Of a DNA stretch of 64,000 nt, positions 18,438 to 28,912 are shown piece after piece (position 1 is the first letter of the stretch; each line of letters begins with the position of its first letter). The notes below the pieces were generated by a model. That model was not told where the DNA came from and did not search any database. It worked only from the letters and a program-made list of their open reading frames with translations. Location: sequence record MN871451.1, one strand, 5' to 3'. The translations under genes were made by a program, and so were the position numbers.

Positions 18438-20582
18438 TTACAAGCCACGGTCAGTTTTACTGAGCGCAGAAAGTATTTGCCCGCCCATATTACCGCTGAA
18501 GATAGTGTTGGCCAGGTTAGAGTACGAGAAGAATCTATCGAAACTGTTCACTACCCTGTTCCAGTTACGCTTGAAGCGCGGTAACATGTAAATCTGGTCA
18601 TGGAGACCCAGACTGGATAATACGTTAGTGTACATTTCAAACGACGAATCTTGCGGGAACAGCAGCCGGTTCCATGTCGTTGGGTCAAAGTTACGTAGAC
18701 CAAATGCCTCGTTAAGGTTCATGGCCGCCACTGACGAAAGGTCAGTGATCGTTAACCTGACATCAATCCCGAGGTATTCCCCGTTTTTCGTCCAAGGCAT
18801 ATTCGAGGTTGCACGAGTAATATCGATGGCCGTGATCATCCCCAAAGGAATCGAACAACGACCCTGGCAATAAAACTCACCAATGAAAGGTGCTGTATAC
18901 GAACCAGTCCCCGTTGCCCTTGGTAACGCCCCCACTAACATTGTGATCAGCGGAAGGATTTCACATTGGAAACGGTTGAAGTTATCTCCCGCCCATGCTC
19001 GTAACGGAATCGTTAGCGACATCTGGTTAAAACTCGCAGAAGAACTGTCGTAATGTTTAGGAATATCGACAAAGGCGTTCCCTGCAATAGCGCCAACACC
19101 CGAGATATGAAGAGAATCCATAATCCCGCCCGCTATGTCTTTCACTGTGTTAACGATCTCTTGCATCCCTGGAATACCAAGGAAATTCCCTTCTGCCATA
19201 CTGAAACGCATACTGGCCGCTCTGGAAGAAGTGCTGTTGATCGTCGACTGGAGATCGGACTCGCGTACACTGTTTGAGAAAGATTCACTGGCCGACTCAC
19301 GTCCATCGATTCGAAGGGTTAGCCATTGAGAACCATCGCGCTGCGCCGCTTTAAAGGTCGCATAAGCACGACCAATGACCTCATCAGTGAAATAGTCTTT
19401 GACGCTTTCGTACGCTTGTTCAATAACACCTTTCTGCGCTTCATTAGTTCCGTTATCAGCCACGGGACTAATCGCATTACCGTTGGCATCGGTCGTTGTC
19501 GCCGTGGATTGCTGAGCGGTGTTAACCTCGGCATTGCTGGCTTCATTCCCCGCCGTAGCAGGTGATTCAGTGAGACGTCCGTCTGGGTCTTTCAGATAAG
19601 CGTTAAGGAACTCTTCAGTGGTCGCGTAAGTTTTCTTTTTGGCCTTGTTCAGTGATGCCGTTGCACCTCCGCCAGTCATCCACGCGTAGATACTTGACAT
19701 CACGCCATTACCGTTACTCTGGTTTTGTGCGGCAATTTCATTAATTGCCTCATGCCACGCGTTAGCGTATGCCTGCGCCCGTGTCGCTGTCGCGTAGATA
19801 TCGATACCAGTTAAACCGTCAGCACGGAAAAGTTCCGGTACCATCTGGTCATAAACCGACTTCTCTCTGGCGCCAATCTCAAACGCTGTTTTTGTTGCTT
19901 GTTCGATAGACTCCACACCAGGGTCACCAGATTCAGACATCGGTGTGGTACCGTTTAAATTCGCACCTTCTGTAAGTTTAAGCCATGAATCCGTAGTAGG
20001 CTTTGCTGCGAGATCAAGGTTGGAGGCAATGTTGTTGGCAAAATCGTTGACATATTTCCAGTACAGCCCCATCGTCGGTTTAAGGTAATAGAATTTCGTA
20101 CTGACCGTTCCGGTAAACCATTTGATGGCGGTGAACGTCATGATAAACGGAACAAGTCGAACAGAGAACGCCCAGCCGATCGCCCGGCCAATTAAATTCC
20201 CTACACCGGATGCCCGTCCAGTACGAACCAAACGCGCATCGTCGGAGCTGTAGAAGTTACCGAAGAAACTCGCCAGACTGTTATAGTTCGGTACACCAAA
20301 TCGCATGTGGAGTAAAACTGAGTTGTCATCAATGTTTTCAGAATACCACGCACCTTGGCCCTCGCCGATTTCAACATAACGGTCTAAGACAGGGTCTGAA
20401 AAGAGACAGGGTTGGGGTGGTGCATTCAATGCCCAGTTTCCGCCCAACGTAGTATCGGTGTATTTAAAATAGGCGCTGGAGTGGTTACGGTAATAAATGT
20501 CGTCATCATCAACCGCATCGGCAGGAAGTAAGAATGCCTGACGCGTCCAGCTATCGTCAGTTACTGTATCTAATGTCGCCAT
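18438..20582 (-). CDS. Virion tail/baseplate protein (phiKZ gp182-like position)
   Basis: 714 aa directly downstream of the giant tail lysin. The C-terminal part (LGMITAIDITR...MPW...GIDVRLTITDL) resembles tube/baseplate-initiator folds. Confidence 0.6.
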   Translation of the reverse strand: MATLDTVTDDSWTRQAFLLPADAVDDDDIYYRNHSSAYFKYTDTTLGGNWALNAPPQPCLFSDPVLDRYVEIGEGQGAWYSENIDDNSVLLHMRFGVPNYNSLASFFGNFYSSDDARLVRTGRASGVGNLIGRAIGWAFSVRLVPFIMTFTAIKWFTGTVSTKFYYLKPTMGLYWKYVNDFANNIASNLDLAAKPTTDSWLKLTEGANLNGTTPMSESGDPGVESIEQATKTAFEIGAREKSVYDQMVPELFRADGLTGIDIYATATRAQAYANAWHEAINEIAAQNQSNGNGVMSSIYAWMTGGGATASLNKAKKKTYATTEEFLNAYLKDPDGRLTESPATAGNEASNAEVNTAQQSTATTTDANGNAISPVADNGTNEAQKGVIEQAYESVKDYFTDEVIGRAYATFKAAQRDGSQWLTLRIDGRESASESFSNSVRESDLQSTINSTSSRAASMRFSMAEGNFLGIPGMQEIVNTVKDIAGGIMDSLHISGVGAIAGNAFVDIPKHYDSSSASFNQMSLTIPLRAWAGDNFNRFQCEILPLITMLVGALPRATGTGSYTAPFIGEFYCQGRCSIPLGMITAIDITRATSNMPWTKNGEYLGIDVRLTITDLSSVAAMNLNEAFGLRNFDPTTWNRLLFPQDSSFEMYTNVLSSLGLHDQIYMLPRFKRNWNRVVNSFDRFFSYSNLANTIFSGNMGGQILSALSKTDRGL

Positions 20583-20602
20583 TTCTGTTCCTTTAAAAAT
20601 AA

Positions 20603-20620
20603 GGGGAGATTTCTCTCCCC
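20603..20620 (-). terminator. Short hairpin between the tail lysin and the downstream gene
   Basis: GGGGAGA-tttc-TCTCCCC. Confidence 0.45.
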
Positions 20621-20627
20621 AATTTAG

Positions 20628-23600
20628 TTAACGAAAGTTCTGCGAGATACTCGTATCGAACGGTTCAAAAGGTTGTTTCCCTCGACTCCCCGTACTGATA
20701 TCTTTCCCTCTTAATTCGCTGCTGTTAGGATTGGTCTTAGGGGAAGAATTATTTTCCCCACCGGTTACCGGCACCCCTTTCTCCAGAAGACCTTTGATCA
20801 ACTTCAACGTACTGTCCATAGATTTCTGCGTCTCAAGCTGTTCATTCAACGTGTCGGCCCATGTACTTGTCGTACTCGCCGTTTCAGCTGATTGTTTTCT
20901 GGATGCTGCCACAGCAATGCGATTAGCTTCCGCAGTGTTCTCGCGCTGTACTGCCTGCTGAGCCAATGCTTTAGCGTCACGGCTATCCGTGGTTCGGGTC
21001 GTTGCCGGTGTGACCGTATCGGTCCCCCTTGTCGTGACAGACGTACTTGTCGTACTACCGACAGGCATCTCACCTTTCGCCGGATTGCTGACGATAGTGT
21101 TTGATCCCGTCGATGGTGCAACAGGCGGAGTTGTCTCTGTCTCTTTCGGGGCACTGGTACTGACCGCATCACTTCCCCCACCCGGAACGGCTGGTCCAGC
21201 CTTCCCTGTCATCCCGTTCGCCAGCTGCGCGTATTGCCCACCGTTTCTGGAGAGATAACCACCAAGACTCGCTACAAGGTCGCCCGTCGTCCTGACGTTC
21301 TTAAAGATCTCAGGGTTCGCTCTCGCGACTGCAGCATACCTATCACCCATCGCCGATTGAATCGGTGTGTTGGTCGGTACACGCAGTACGTTCCTTGCAC
21401 CCCCTGGCCCTAAGAAGTGCGCCATATAGATATCAGTGGTCGTCAATGGTCTACCAATGTCACCGATGATCTTCGCGTTCTGTTTCATGTATTCCGCCGT
21501 GGCCAATAACGACGCACGTGGGTCATACTGAGACGTATTCGGGTTCACACCATATTTCTTAACAAGAGTAGGGAGAATCTCTTTCCAGGTTCCATCAAGG
21601 AACTGACCGAGTCCTGCTGCCGAAGAGTTACCGTTCTTCGCCCGAATCTCAAAGCGAGATTCCTGCGCCACCATTGCCGCCAATGAACCGGCATCAACGC
21701 CGACCATCTTAGCCACTGCTGCAATCGAATCTTTCACGTTATCCCAACCGTCTCCTTTCGGATCAGGGATATCATTAATCGACCCGCCGGTACCTTCACC
21801 GGAATGCAGTAAGTTGGTATCCGTGAAACTGCTACCCGCTTCCGAACGTTCAAAGGAGGTTCCCATTGAACCCACACGTTGACCGTAAACACCGACACCG
21901 TTAGCGCCAGTAGCGCGTCCTCGCGTATCGGCGGTTAACGCACGGTTATCGCTATAAAGGTCAGCAATCTTGTTACCCAGTGACGAGTTACGAAGCGCTT
22001 TACCATCAAAGGTCATCTTGGCGATTTCCGCTTCTGTCTTCACTTTCTCTTGGTAAACTTCCTTTTTCCCTTCGAGACGTAATGCATCCAGGTTAGACTG
22101 AATAACACTACTGTCCGTGTTTGAGAAGCGGTTAGGCCACGGTGACGCTTTAATGGTCCAGACTGAGACTTTCCCGCCATTGACCTCGGTCGTCGCGCTG
22201 TTCATGAAGTTTGCAATCTTCAGGAGATCGCTCGCGTTCAGTTTCTTCCATGCGACCATCGGCGAACTATTAGGCGCGATGAAATTGCTTTCAGAACAGA
22301 AGTTCAAGAAGACAGGTAGGAAACGTTTCGTGAACCAGAATAGCCACTGTGCCTTTTCATTGGCGTTATTACTGTTAATACCGAATTGACCGTTCCAGTT
22401 AGCGAAGAACTGTTCGCTGTTCCCTGTCCAGAGGGCTACTCCTTTATCACCGTATCGAATGAATTTCAACGCCTCAGTCTCTAATGCGAGTAAGGCGTTA
22501 ACGTCCCCTTTCAACAGCTCGCGTAAACCGTAAAGTTTAACACGTATCGAGGTCAGGTCATCAATGCGGTTCCCCATCTCGATCAATTCATCCTTGCGCT
22601 TATCGCCGGTCAGGGAAGTTAGCCCTTTCCGGGTATCGCCCGGTGAATAGTAGAGATCGGTTGTTGGATTTACTGTCCGGTTAGCATTATTGGCTTGTGC
22701 TTCCTGTGCCTTTTTGTTCAGTAATTCGATTCCCTTCGGTTGCTTCACGTCTGAAGCAGTGACCAGTTTCTTCTCGCCCGAGGCGATCGCCTTTTTCTCT
22801 GCTTCCGCAAACTCAGCAATGACCTGGTCACGGAAACCGGCAACAAACCGATCACCTGTTACTGAAGACATATTAGGGAATGGCGAGTCAGAGACCAGAT
22901 AAGGAGATTCTTTTCCGCCGGATGCAATGAAAGTGGCTTTAGCGAAGTCCCCTCGTTGACTCGGTTTCAGGAATTCACTCTCGGTGATTTTAGCTTTAGG
23001 GTCCATCCGATAAAGTGTTTCAACGTTACGGGTAAAGACTGGAACGAAACGCATCTGATACCATCGTGTCCAACGCTGTACACTACGCTGGTCAGTGATC
23101 TCAACATCAAAGGCACTCAGTAACTCTTGGAAAGGTAACGAACCAATCTTGAGTTTCCCTTGCCCTGAGATCTGACTGTTTTTCAGAACCGCTTCTTCTA
23201 ATGCAAGTACTTTACCCGCCCGGTCACTGTCTTTCGGGTTGACGCCGTACTGTGCTGCACGGTAGTTTCTCAGCGATGTCATTCTGTTCTTGTAGGCTTG
23301 GTATCCTTTATAAATCAGATAACCTACACCCGCAGCTACCGCCGCTGTGACCAGAACAGGCGCAGAGAGCAATGACCCTGCCGCTACCGCGGCGCCCCTT
23401 GCTAACATTCCGACCCCGCTAAATAACCCTCTTCCTAAGAAGCCCGCAACCCCTAGCGCCCCTTTCCCGACTTTCTTCAGTACGTTACCGGTTCTACGTA
23501 GCAGACCGCCTCTCCTACCTCCTGAGCCTGCTACATCCCCTGCCAAATCCCCAGCAGCATCTAACGCTTTCGCACCGCTTATCCAGCGAGGAAGTTCTTT

Positions 23601-26600
23601 GATCCATTTCCAGAAATTCCCGAATCCGGTTGCAATTTTCCCGACAATGGCACCAACTCCCGTGATAGCGGCCCAGATCAGTTTACCCCAACCACCCCCT
23701 TCCTTCGCCGCTTTCTCAGCGTGTTCAGGTTTGGTCTCTTCCGGTTTCTTTTTCTGAAGACGCTGCCACCAACTTCCGGTACGATTCTTGAGTTTCTCGA
23801 ACCCGCCCGTTAAGCGATTCTTGATACCCGAAACACTACCTGTTTCGGTATCGAGGCCGTCAAGTGGATCTTTCCCGGTGAACTGATTAACTAAGAGTCG
23901 ATAGATACGTTTTAGCCACGGTGTCGACCCGCCAGAGAATCCTATCCCTGTATTCAAGCCCCTATTTAAAACACCGCCTACTGCACTCAAACCGTTAGAA
24001 GCTAAATTAATCGCACCGTTTTTCAGTCCATTTAAAATCTTAAACGGGGTTGTAAGTAAACCGCCCACCCCGCGGAGACCGTTGCCGATCATCCCCGTAA
24101 GTTTAGCCAGTCCAGTACGAACGCTACGGCCATTCTTATCAACCAATCCTTTAGCAGCATCCTCAGCAGAAAGTACAGGTGTCATGGTTCTGGTGCGAGG
24201 GTCAATCACCCCGACGTCACCGTCAATATCGGAAAGTTTCTTGATGACTTTCCCAGTACGCATCGAGAAATATTCCCCATTCGCCAACTTACTGGCGTAG
24301 AGACGCGGTTTCATTTCTCCGAGCACGTAAATATCTGGTAAGCGACCGAATAAGGAAAAGAGACCTTTCCCTAATCCGCCTGCAGCACCTTTGAGTAAAT
24401 GATAAGGGGTAAACCTTCCGTTTAATAGACTCCCCACCGCACCGAGTACTTTGTTAAAGGATGTCTTAATGCGGTTTCCTGCGGCGTTAAACAAACCCCG
24501 TCTCGCTTCGTCGTCGGTCAGGACCTGAGTGTTATTTACCACGTCCCAGACTGCGCCCCGTACGTCAGAAAGTTTCTTGATAACCTTCCCGGTGGCTTGG
24601 TCAACGTAACGACCCGCTGCCAGTCCTTCTTTTTCAATGACTTTCTTTAAACCCTGTGCCGTCGCGATATAGCCGTCTTGAACTTTCTCAAACGCCTGCA
24701 TCCCGAAACCTAAGACTTTATTCAGGCCAAAGGTACCGATCGTCATCGCTGCATTGAAAGCCGGGCGACGTACTCGCTTAAAGATCTCTCCTGCTGCTTT
24801 AAGCGGTAAACCGCCAAGATCCCACATCCCTTTCACACCACGACGAATACCGCCGATACCCGCACGGAGCCCGCGTTTAGCCCAGTTCCGTGAGAAACGA
24901 CGACGCCCGCCTTGATCGCCAGTATCACCGCCTTGGCCACCTTGACCACCGCCACCTCCTCCGTTGAGACAGCACCCTTCCAGCGCGGTAAGCTGTGCCT
25001 CTATTCTGGCCATTTGCTCATCCCAGAACAACTGAGAGTGTTTCATGGACTCAAGGATTCTATCGGTTTGTTCCGCTAACGCCGTCCCGAAAGAATTTTG
25101 TTGGTTCCCGTTAAGATTAAAGTTAACCGAATTCGGGTTGGTCCAATCTTGTCCGAAGCGACGGAGTTCAGTGATAGGCGGGGTACCCGGCGGTGGGTTA
25201 CGAGGACGATGTGGACCCATGTCGTTAGGGTTAGTCGAGTCGTTGTTACCCGGTGAAGGTTTACCAGATACGCGTGAACCGTAATAGTCTGGGTTAACTT
25301 CCCAATTACCGTTCTTAAAGACCACTGCGCCTTCTGAGATCAGTTCTTCAAGGTTACCGGTTTGCGCTAACGCATGGGCACGATTAAAGATACCCTGCGT
25401 TTGGTTAGAGGCGTAGTTATACTGACCGGCATCGATATTAAGGTTAACGTTTGAAGAAGAGAACGGGTTAAGCGACCATTCACTTTTCTCGTTCAGTTTC
25501 AGTCCATAACGTTTCGCCATCAGTCCTTGCCAAAGGCGTTGGTCGTCACGGGATAACCCTGAGATTTTCTCATTAGCTAGGGCTGCCGGGTTAAAGGCTT
25601 TCGAGGTTCTTGCCCTTGTCATCAGGTGATCAGAAATTTTACCTTTAGCGTCGGGAGATAACCGGTTGTTGTTATCGATGTTCTCGATAAGACGATTAAT
25701 ATTCTCACGCTGTGAATTGATATCGGTGTCTTTAATCAACGCCTGACGCGTCGACGCCACCGATTCATTAAAGGAGGTAAAAATGCCCTTCTGACGGTTG
25801 AAAACCGTGCGCTGCGTGTTATTATCGCCCGTCCTGAGGACGTCGATACTATGTAAGATTCGGGACAGGTACCCGGACATCTCTTCCATATAGCTGAGTT
25901 TACGCTCGTCTACAGTCGAGATTTTTTCTCCGTTCCCCAATCCTCCGGCGCGAACTACGCCTTCGTCACGGTAACCGCCACGTAAGGTGTCTTTAACAAA
26001 GTTCTCGATGGGATTATACCATTTCCCGTAACGGTAACCGGAATTTCCCCAATCTGACGCTAAACGTTCTTTGTTGTTAAAGAGGTAGTTGACGCCCTGG
26101 AATGTACCGTCCAATCGACGTAGCGAAGGCGCACTTTTATTAATGCGTTTTCCGATACGTTTACCGATTTGTAACGCACCCCAGTTCCCTGCTGCCCCTG
26201 CTAAAAACTCCTCCGGGGCGACACCCATTGACGCCAGTAATTCCCGTTGCGCCTCGAGCTGTTCGAGAGAATCGTTGGCCATTGAAAAACCCATAGTGAG
26301 TTTTTGCATTCTGTCGTTAATGGCTTGTTTCGCACGGTCTTTGAACTGGTTACGATAATTACTCGTCCAGTCGTACATTGACTGTTGGATGCGACCAAAG
26401 ATTTTCTCACGGCCCATCCGAAGGAATTCTTCCGAACGGTGCTGTTTTACTACGTCAGGTAACGCGGTGTTTTCGACAACGCTTCTGAGCAGGTTGGAGG
26501 TTTCAACCGCAGACTTCTGTGCCACGTCTAAATGGGCACGCGAAACCATCAGCTGTCGAATTTGAAGCTCCATACTTTTCTTTTGAAATGCACGCTGTGC

Positions 26601-27221
26601 ACCAAACTGATAAGCGGTCTGCTTCGCCAGGAGATTCTGGATACTCGCAATGGCCGTACCCAGTTTTATTTTATACTGCTGATCGGTCAGTTTCTCAGTC
26701 AGTTCCTCAGGGCTCATCTGCTTCGGTTTGTCATCGTCTTGATTGAAGACTTGAGCTAACGACTGGAGTACCGCTGCGTCTTCAATATTGAGCGCTGCCA
26801 GTTGAGAACCTGATTTATCTGTCCCGTTGTTTCTCGTCAGAAACGCATCGATCTTTTTCTGATACGGTGTAGGAACAAGACGGTTGACGGTACGACCCAA
26901 CGCTTTCATTTCTCGCAGCATCGGGGCGGCATCTTTACGGACGTCAGCGTAAAGCGATCGAACGTCGATTAAACCTTTATCAACGTTATCTAAGGTTGTA
27001 GTGAAAGAACGCGGCATGGCCTCTTTCAGGATGGTTTTCGCCATCTGACTGGTAAAGGTCGTTTTCCCCATCTCACGGAGAACGGTCTTTCCTGCCTTTT
27101 TTACAGCCTCGCGTTTACCGCTTCCGTCTTTCGCACTTTGAGGTTCTTTGTCCATGCCCCAATTATCTTCGAGATCAAAATCGTCAAAACGATCCAGATC
27201 TATTTTTTCTCTTTTGGCCAT
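20628..27221 (-). CDS. Giant tail protein with C-terminal lytic transglycosylase (phiKZ gp181-like; tape-measure-like)
   Basis: 2197 aa. SLT motifs AAMVAQES (catalytic E), AAGLGQF--TW, YMAHFLGPGGA; central hydrophobic Gly/Ala segments; divergent from vRNAP beta'. Confidence 0.88.
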   Translation of the reverse strand: MAKREKIDLDRFDDFDLEDNWGMDKEPQSAKDGSGKREAVKKAGKTVLREMGKTTFTSQMAKTILKEAMPRSFTTTLDNVDKGLIDVRSLYADVRKDAAPMLREMKALGRTVNRLVPTPYQKKIDAFLTRNNGTDKSGSQLAALNIEDAAVLQSLAQVFNQDDDKPKQMSPEELTEKLTDQQYKIKLGTAIASIQNLLAKQTAYQFGAQRAFQKKSMELQIRQLMVSRAHLDVAQKSAVETSNLLRSVVENTALPDVVKQHRSEEFLRMGREKIFGRIQQSMYDWTSNYRNQFKDRAKQAINDRMQKLTMGFSMANDSLEQLEAQRELLASMGVAPEEFLAGAAGNWGALQIGKRIGKRINKSAPSLRRLDGTFQGVNYLFNNKERLASDWGNSGYRYGKWYNPIENFVKDTLRGGYRDEGVVRAGGLGNGEKISTVDERKLSYMEEMSGYLSRILHSIDVLRTGDNNTQRTVFNRQKGIFTSFNESVASTRQALIKDTDINSQRENINRLIENIDNNNRLSPDAKGKISDHLMTRARTSKAFNPAALANEKISGLSRDDQRLWQGLMAKRYGLKLNEKSEWSLNPFSSSNVNLNIDAGQYNYASNQTQGIFNRAHALAQTGNLEELISEGAVVFKNGNWEVNPDYYGSRVSGKPSPGNNDSTNPNDMGPHRPRNPPPGTPPITELRRFGQDWTNPNSVNFNLNGNQQNSFGTALAEQTDRILESMKHSQLFWDEQMARIEAQLTALEGCCLNGGGGGGQGGQGGDTGDQGGRRRFSRNWAKRGLRAGIGGIRRGVKGMWDLGGLPLKAAGEIFKRVRRPAFNAAMTIGTFGLNKVLGFGMQAFEKVQDGYIATAQGLKKVIEKEGLAAGRYVDQATGKVIKKLSDVRGAVWDVVNNTQVLTDDEARRGLFNAAGNRIKTSFNKVLGAVGSLLNGRFTPYHLLKGAAGGLGKGLFSLFGRLPDIYVLGEMKPRLYASKLANGEYFSMRTGKVIKKLSDIDGDVGVIDPRTRTMTPVLSAEDAAKGLVDKNGRSVRTGLAKLTGMIGNGLRGVGGLLTTPFKILNGLKNGAINLASNGLSAVGGVLNRGLNTGIGFSGGSTPWLKRIYRLLVNQFTGKDPLDGLDTETGSVSGIKNRLTGGFEKLKNRTGSWWQRLQKKKPEETKPEHAEKAAKEGGGWGKLIWAAITGVGAIVGKIATGFGNFWKWIKELPRWISGAKALDAAGDLAGDVAGSGGRRGGLLRRTGNVLKKVGKGALGVAGFLGRGLFSGVGMLARGAAVAAGSLLSAPVLVTAAVAAGVGYLIYKGYQAYKNRMTSLRNYRAAQYGVNPKDSDRAGKVLALEEAVLKNSQISGQGKLKIGSLPFQELLSAFDVEITDQRSVQRWTRWYQMRFVPVFTRNVETLYRMDPKAKITESEFLKPSQRGDFAKATFIASGGKESPYLVSDSPFPNMSSVTGDRFVAGFRDQVIAEFAEAEKKAIASGEKKLVTASDVKQPKGIELLNKKAQEAQANNANRTVNPTTDLYYSPGDTRKGLTSLTGDKRKDELIEMGNRIDDLTSIRVKLYGLRELLKGDVNALLALETEALKFIRYGDKGVALWTGNSEQFFANWNGQFGINSNNANEKAQWLFWFTKRFLPVFLNFCSESNFIAPNSSPMVAWKKLNASDLLKIANFMNSATTEVNGGKVSVWTIKASPWPNRFSNTDSSVIQSNLDALRLEGKKEVYQEKVKTEAEIAKMTFDGKALRNSSLGNKIADLYSDNRALTADTRGRATGANGVGVYGQRVGSMGTSFERSEAGSSFTDTNLLHSGEGTGGSINDIPDPKGDGWDNVKDSIAAVAKMVGVDAGSLAAMVAQESRFEIRAKNGNSSAAGLGQFLDGTWKEILPTLVKKYGVNPNTSQYDPRASLLATAEYMKQNAKIIGDIGRPLTTTDIYMAHFLGPGGARNVLRVPTNTPIQSAMGDRYAAVARANPEIFKNVRTTGDLVASLGGYLSRNGGQYAQLANGMTGKAGPAVPGGGSDAVSTSAPKETETTPPVAPSTGSNTIVSNPAKGEMPVGSTTSTSVTTRGTDTVTPATTRTTDSRDAKALAQQAVQRENTAEANRIAVAASRKQSAETASTTSTWADTLNEQLETQKSMDSTLKLIKGLLEKGVPVTGGENNSSPKTNPNSSELRGKDISTGSRGKQPFEPFDTSISQNFR

Positions 27222-27265
27222 TTTGTTCCCTTAAAAGGTTAATCGTCTGTTAACAGGATTAGACA

Positions 27266-28897
27266 ATGCGTACTAACGATATCCCATTCAATATCTTCCT
27301 CATGGATTTAACCCCTCAACTGATACGGAGTATGCGACCGACCAGTACGACCGAGATCTTTGAAACCGGTACCCGTAATTTCCATAAGGACGGTTTATTC
27401 TCAGTAGAAACATTCGGTCCCTTAGGTTCACCTGAACGCGATGGGCGTTTCAGTTATATCGAACTCCATACCCGTGTTTTTCACCCGCTCGTTTATAAAC
27501 GACTCGGTTCATTAAAACGTCTTTATTTGGATATTCTGGAAGGGCGACGTTATGCCGTCTTTAACACAGAAACCTTCGATTTCGAACCCAGCAACGAAAT
27601 GGAGGGCGAAACCGGCTTCTCCTTTTTTGTACGTCATTTCCCCGATTTGAAATTAGAAGAAGGCGATTCCGAACTCCGTAATCTCCGCGTGAAGCTCATC
27701 AACAAAAATAAAGACAAAGCGCTGACTGATAAAGTCCTGGTCATGCCGGCAGGTCTGCGTGATCTGATGGTAGAAACCTCAGGGCGTACGAGTGAAGACG
27801 AAATCAACAAATTCTATCGTTCTATCATCTCAATCTCCAACAGTCTGGAGATGGGTCGTGAGCCTTCTGAAGACCCTTTAATCAATAACAGTCGTTTACA
27901 ATTACAACGACAGTTCAACGAGATATTCGAAAGTATCTTTAACATGATTAAAGGAAAGAAAGGTTTTGCGGCTGCGAAATGGGCGTCACGTAAAATCATT
28001 AACGGTACAGCAAACGTTATTTCGCCAATGAAGATCACAGGGACTCGGATCGGTGAAACGAATACGCCAGGGATCAACCACGTTCAGTTAGGGCTCTACC
28101 AGACCATCAAAGCGGTCCTGCCTAAGACACGCTATTTCTTACGCTCAGGTTGGCTAGGTGAAGTTTTCTCGGGTAACAGCGAAGATGAAATCCGTTTGAC
28201 GAACCCCAAAACTCTCCGTGCTGAATACGTACAGCCCTCCCCGGAGGCCGTTGAACGTTGGACAACCCGTGACGGTTTAGATGCCCAGATCACCCGCTAT
28301 AAAACCCCGGCTTTCAGAAATAAACCAATTTTAATAGACGGTTATTACTTAGGACTGCTCTATTGGGGTGAAGAAGGGTTCCGGTTCTTCGCTGATATCA
28401 ACGAACTCCCAGCGGGTTTTGATAAGCGGTTTGTTAGCCCGATTAACATGACCTCGCTTTATTACCTGTCCGGGTATCGTGAATGGGGTAAGTTAGCAGG
28501 CGTAGTGACTCGTTACCCTGTTACAGGACAAGGGTCGACTTTCATAGCAAACATTTACTGCAAACCGACTATTGTTTCTAGCGTAAAAGCTGAACTCGGC
28601 CACGACTGGCGGAGACTGGGTGACGATTTCATTTGTTTCGAATTCCCTGATCAAAGCAAATCGGTAGAGTACGTTAACTCTATGGGGATAGGCGTCAGCT
28701 ATCTCTCTCCATTGGGTGCCGACTTCGATGGCGACCGTTGTACCTTTACAGCGATCTATGCCTCGGATTCTATTGCTGAATACGAAATGCTAAAAGGTCG
28801 TAAAGAATGGTTCCTCTCTTCCCGCGGTACTCTCTCTAAGAGCGCGGATGTTGATAACGTACAATTAGTCTTACGTAACATTACTGGTGAAGCTTAA
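27266..28897 (+). CDS. rpoC: Virion RNA polymerase beta' subunit, catalytic piece (phiKZ gp180-like)
   Basis: GLFSVETFGP (cf. GLFCERIFGP) and the catalytic LGADFDGD. Confidence 0.93.
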   Translation: MRTNDIPFNIFLMDLTPQLIRSMRPTSTTEIFETGTRNFHKDGLFSVETFGPLGSPERDGRFSYIELHTRVFHPLVYKRLGSLKRLYLDILEGRRYAVFNTETFDFEPSNEMEGETGFSFFVRHFPDLKLEEGDSELRNLRVKLINKNKDKALTDKVLVMPAGLRDLMVETSGRTSEDEINKFYRSIISISNSLEMGREPSEDPLINNSRLQLQRQFNEIFESIFNMIKGKKGFAAAKWASRKIINGTANVISPMKITGTRIGETNTPGINHVQLGLYQTIKAVLPKTRYFLRSGWLGEVFSGNSEDEIRLTNPKTLRAEYVQPSPEAVERWTTRDGLDAQITRYKTPAFRNKPILIDGYYLGLLYWGEEGFRFFADINELPAGFDKRFVSPINMTSLYYLSGYREWGKLAGVVTRYPVTGQGSTFIANIYCKPTIVSSVKAELGHDWRRLGDDFICFEFPDQSKSVEYVNSMGIGVSYLSPLGADFDGDRCTFTAIYASDSIAEYEMLKGRKEWFLSSRGTLSKSADVDNVQLVLRNITGEA

Positions 28898-28912
28898 AGG
28901 AGTTTCTCTGCA

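Noticed and set aside
18406-18591. 61-aa ORF
   Set aside because: Starts inside a terminator stem and is antisense to the tail gene.
20731-26759. Many 60-136 aa ORFs inside the giant tail gene
   Set aside because: Antisense or alternate-frame shadows with no RBS or independent signals; the same applies to similar ORFs within the RNAP and spike genes.
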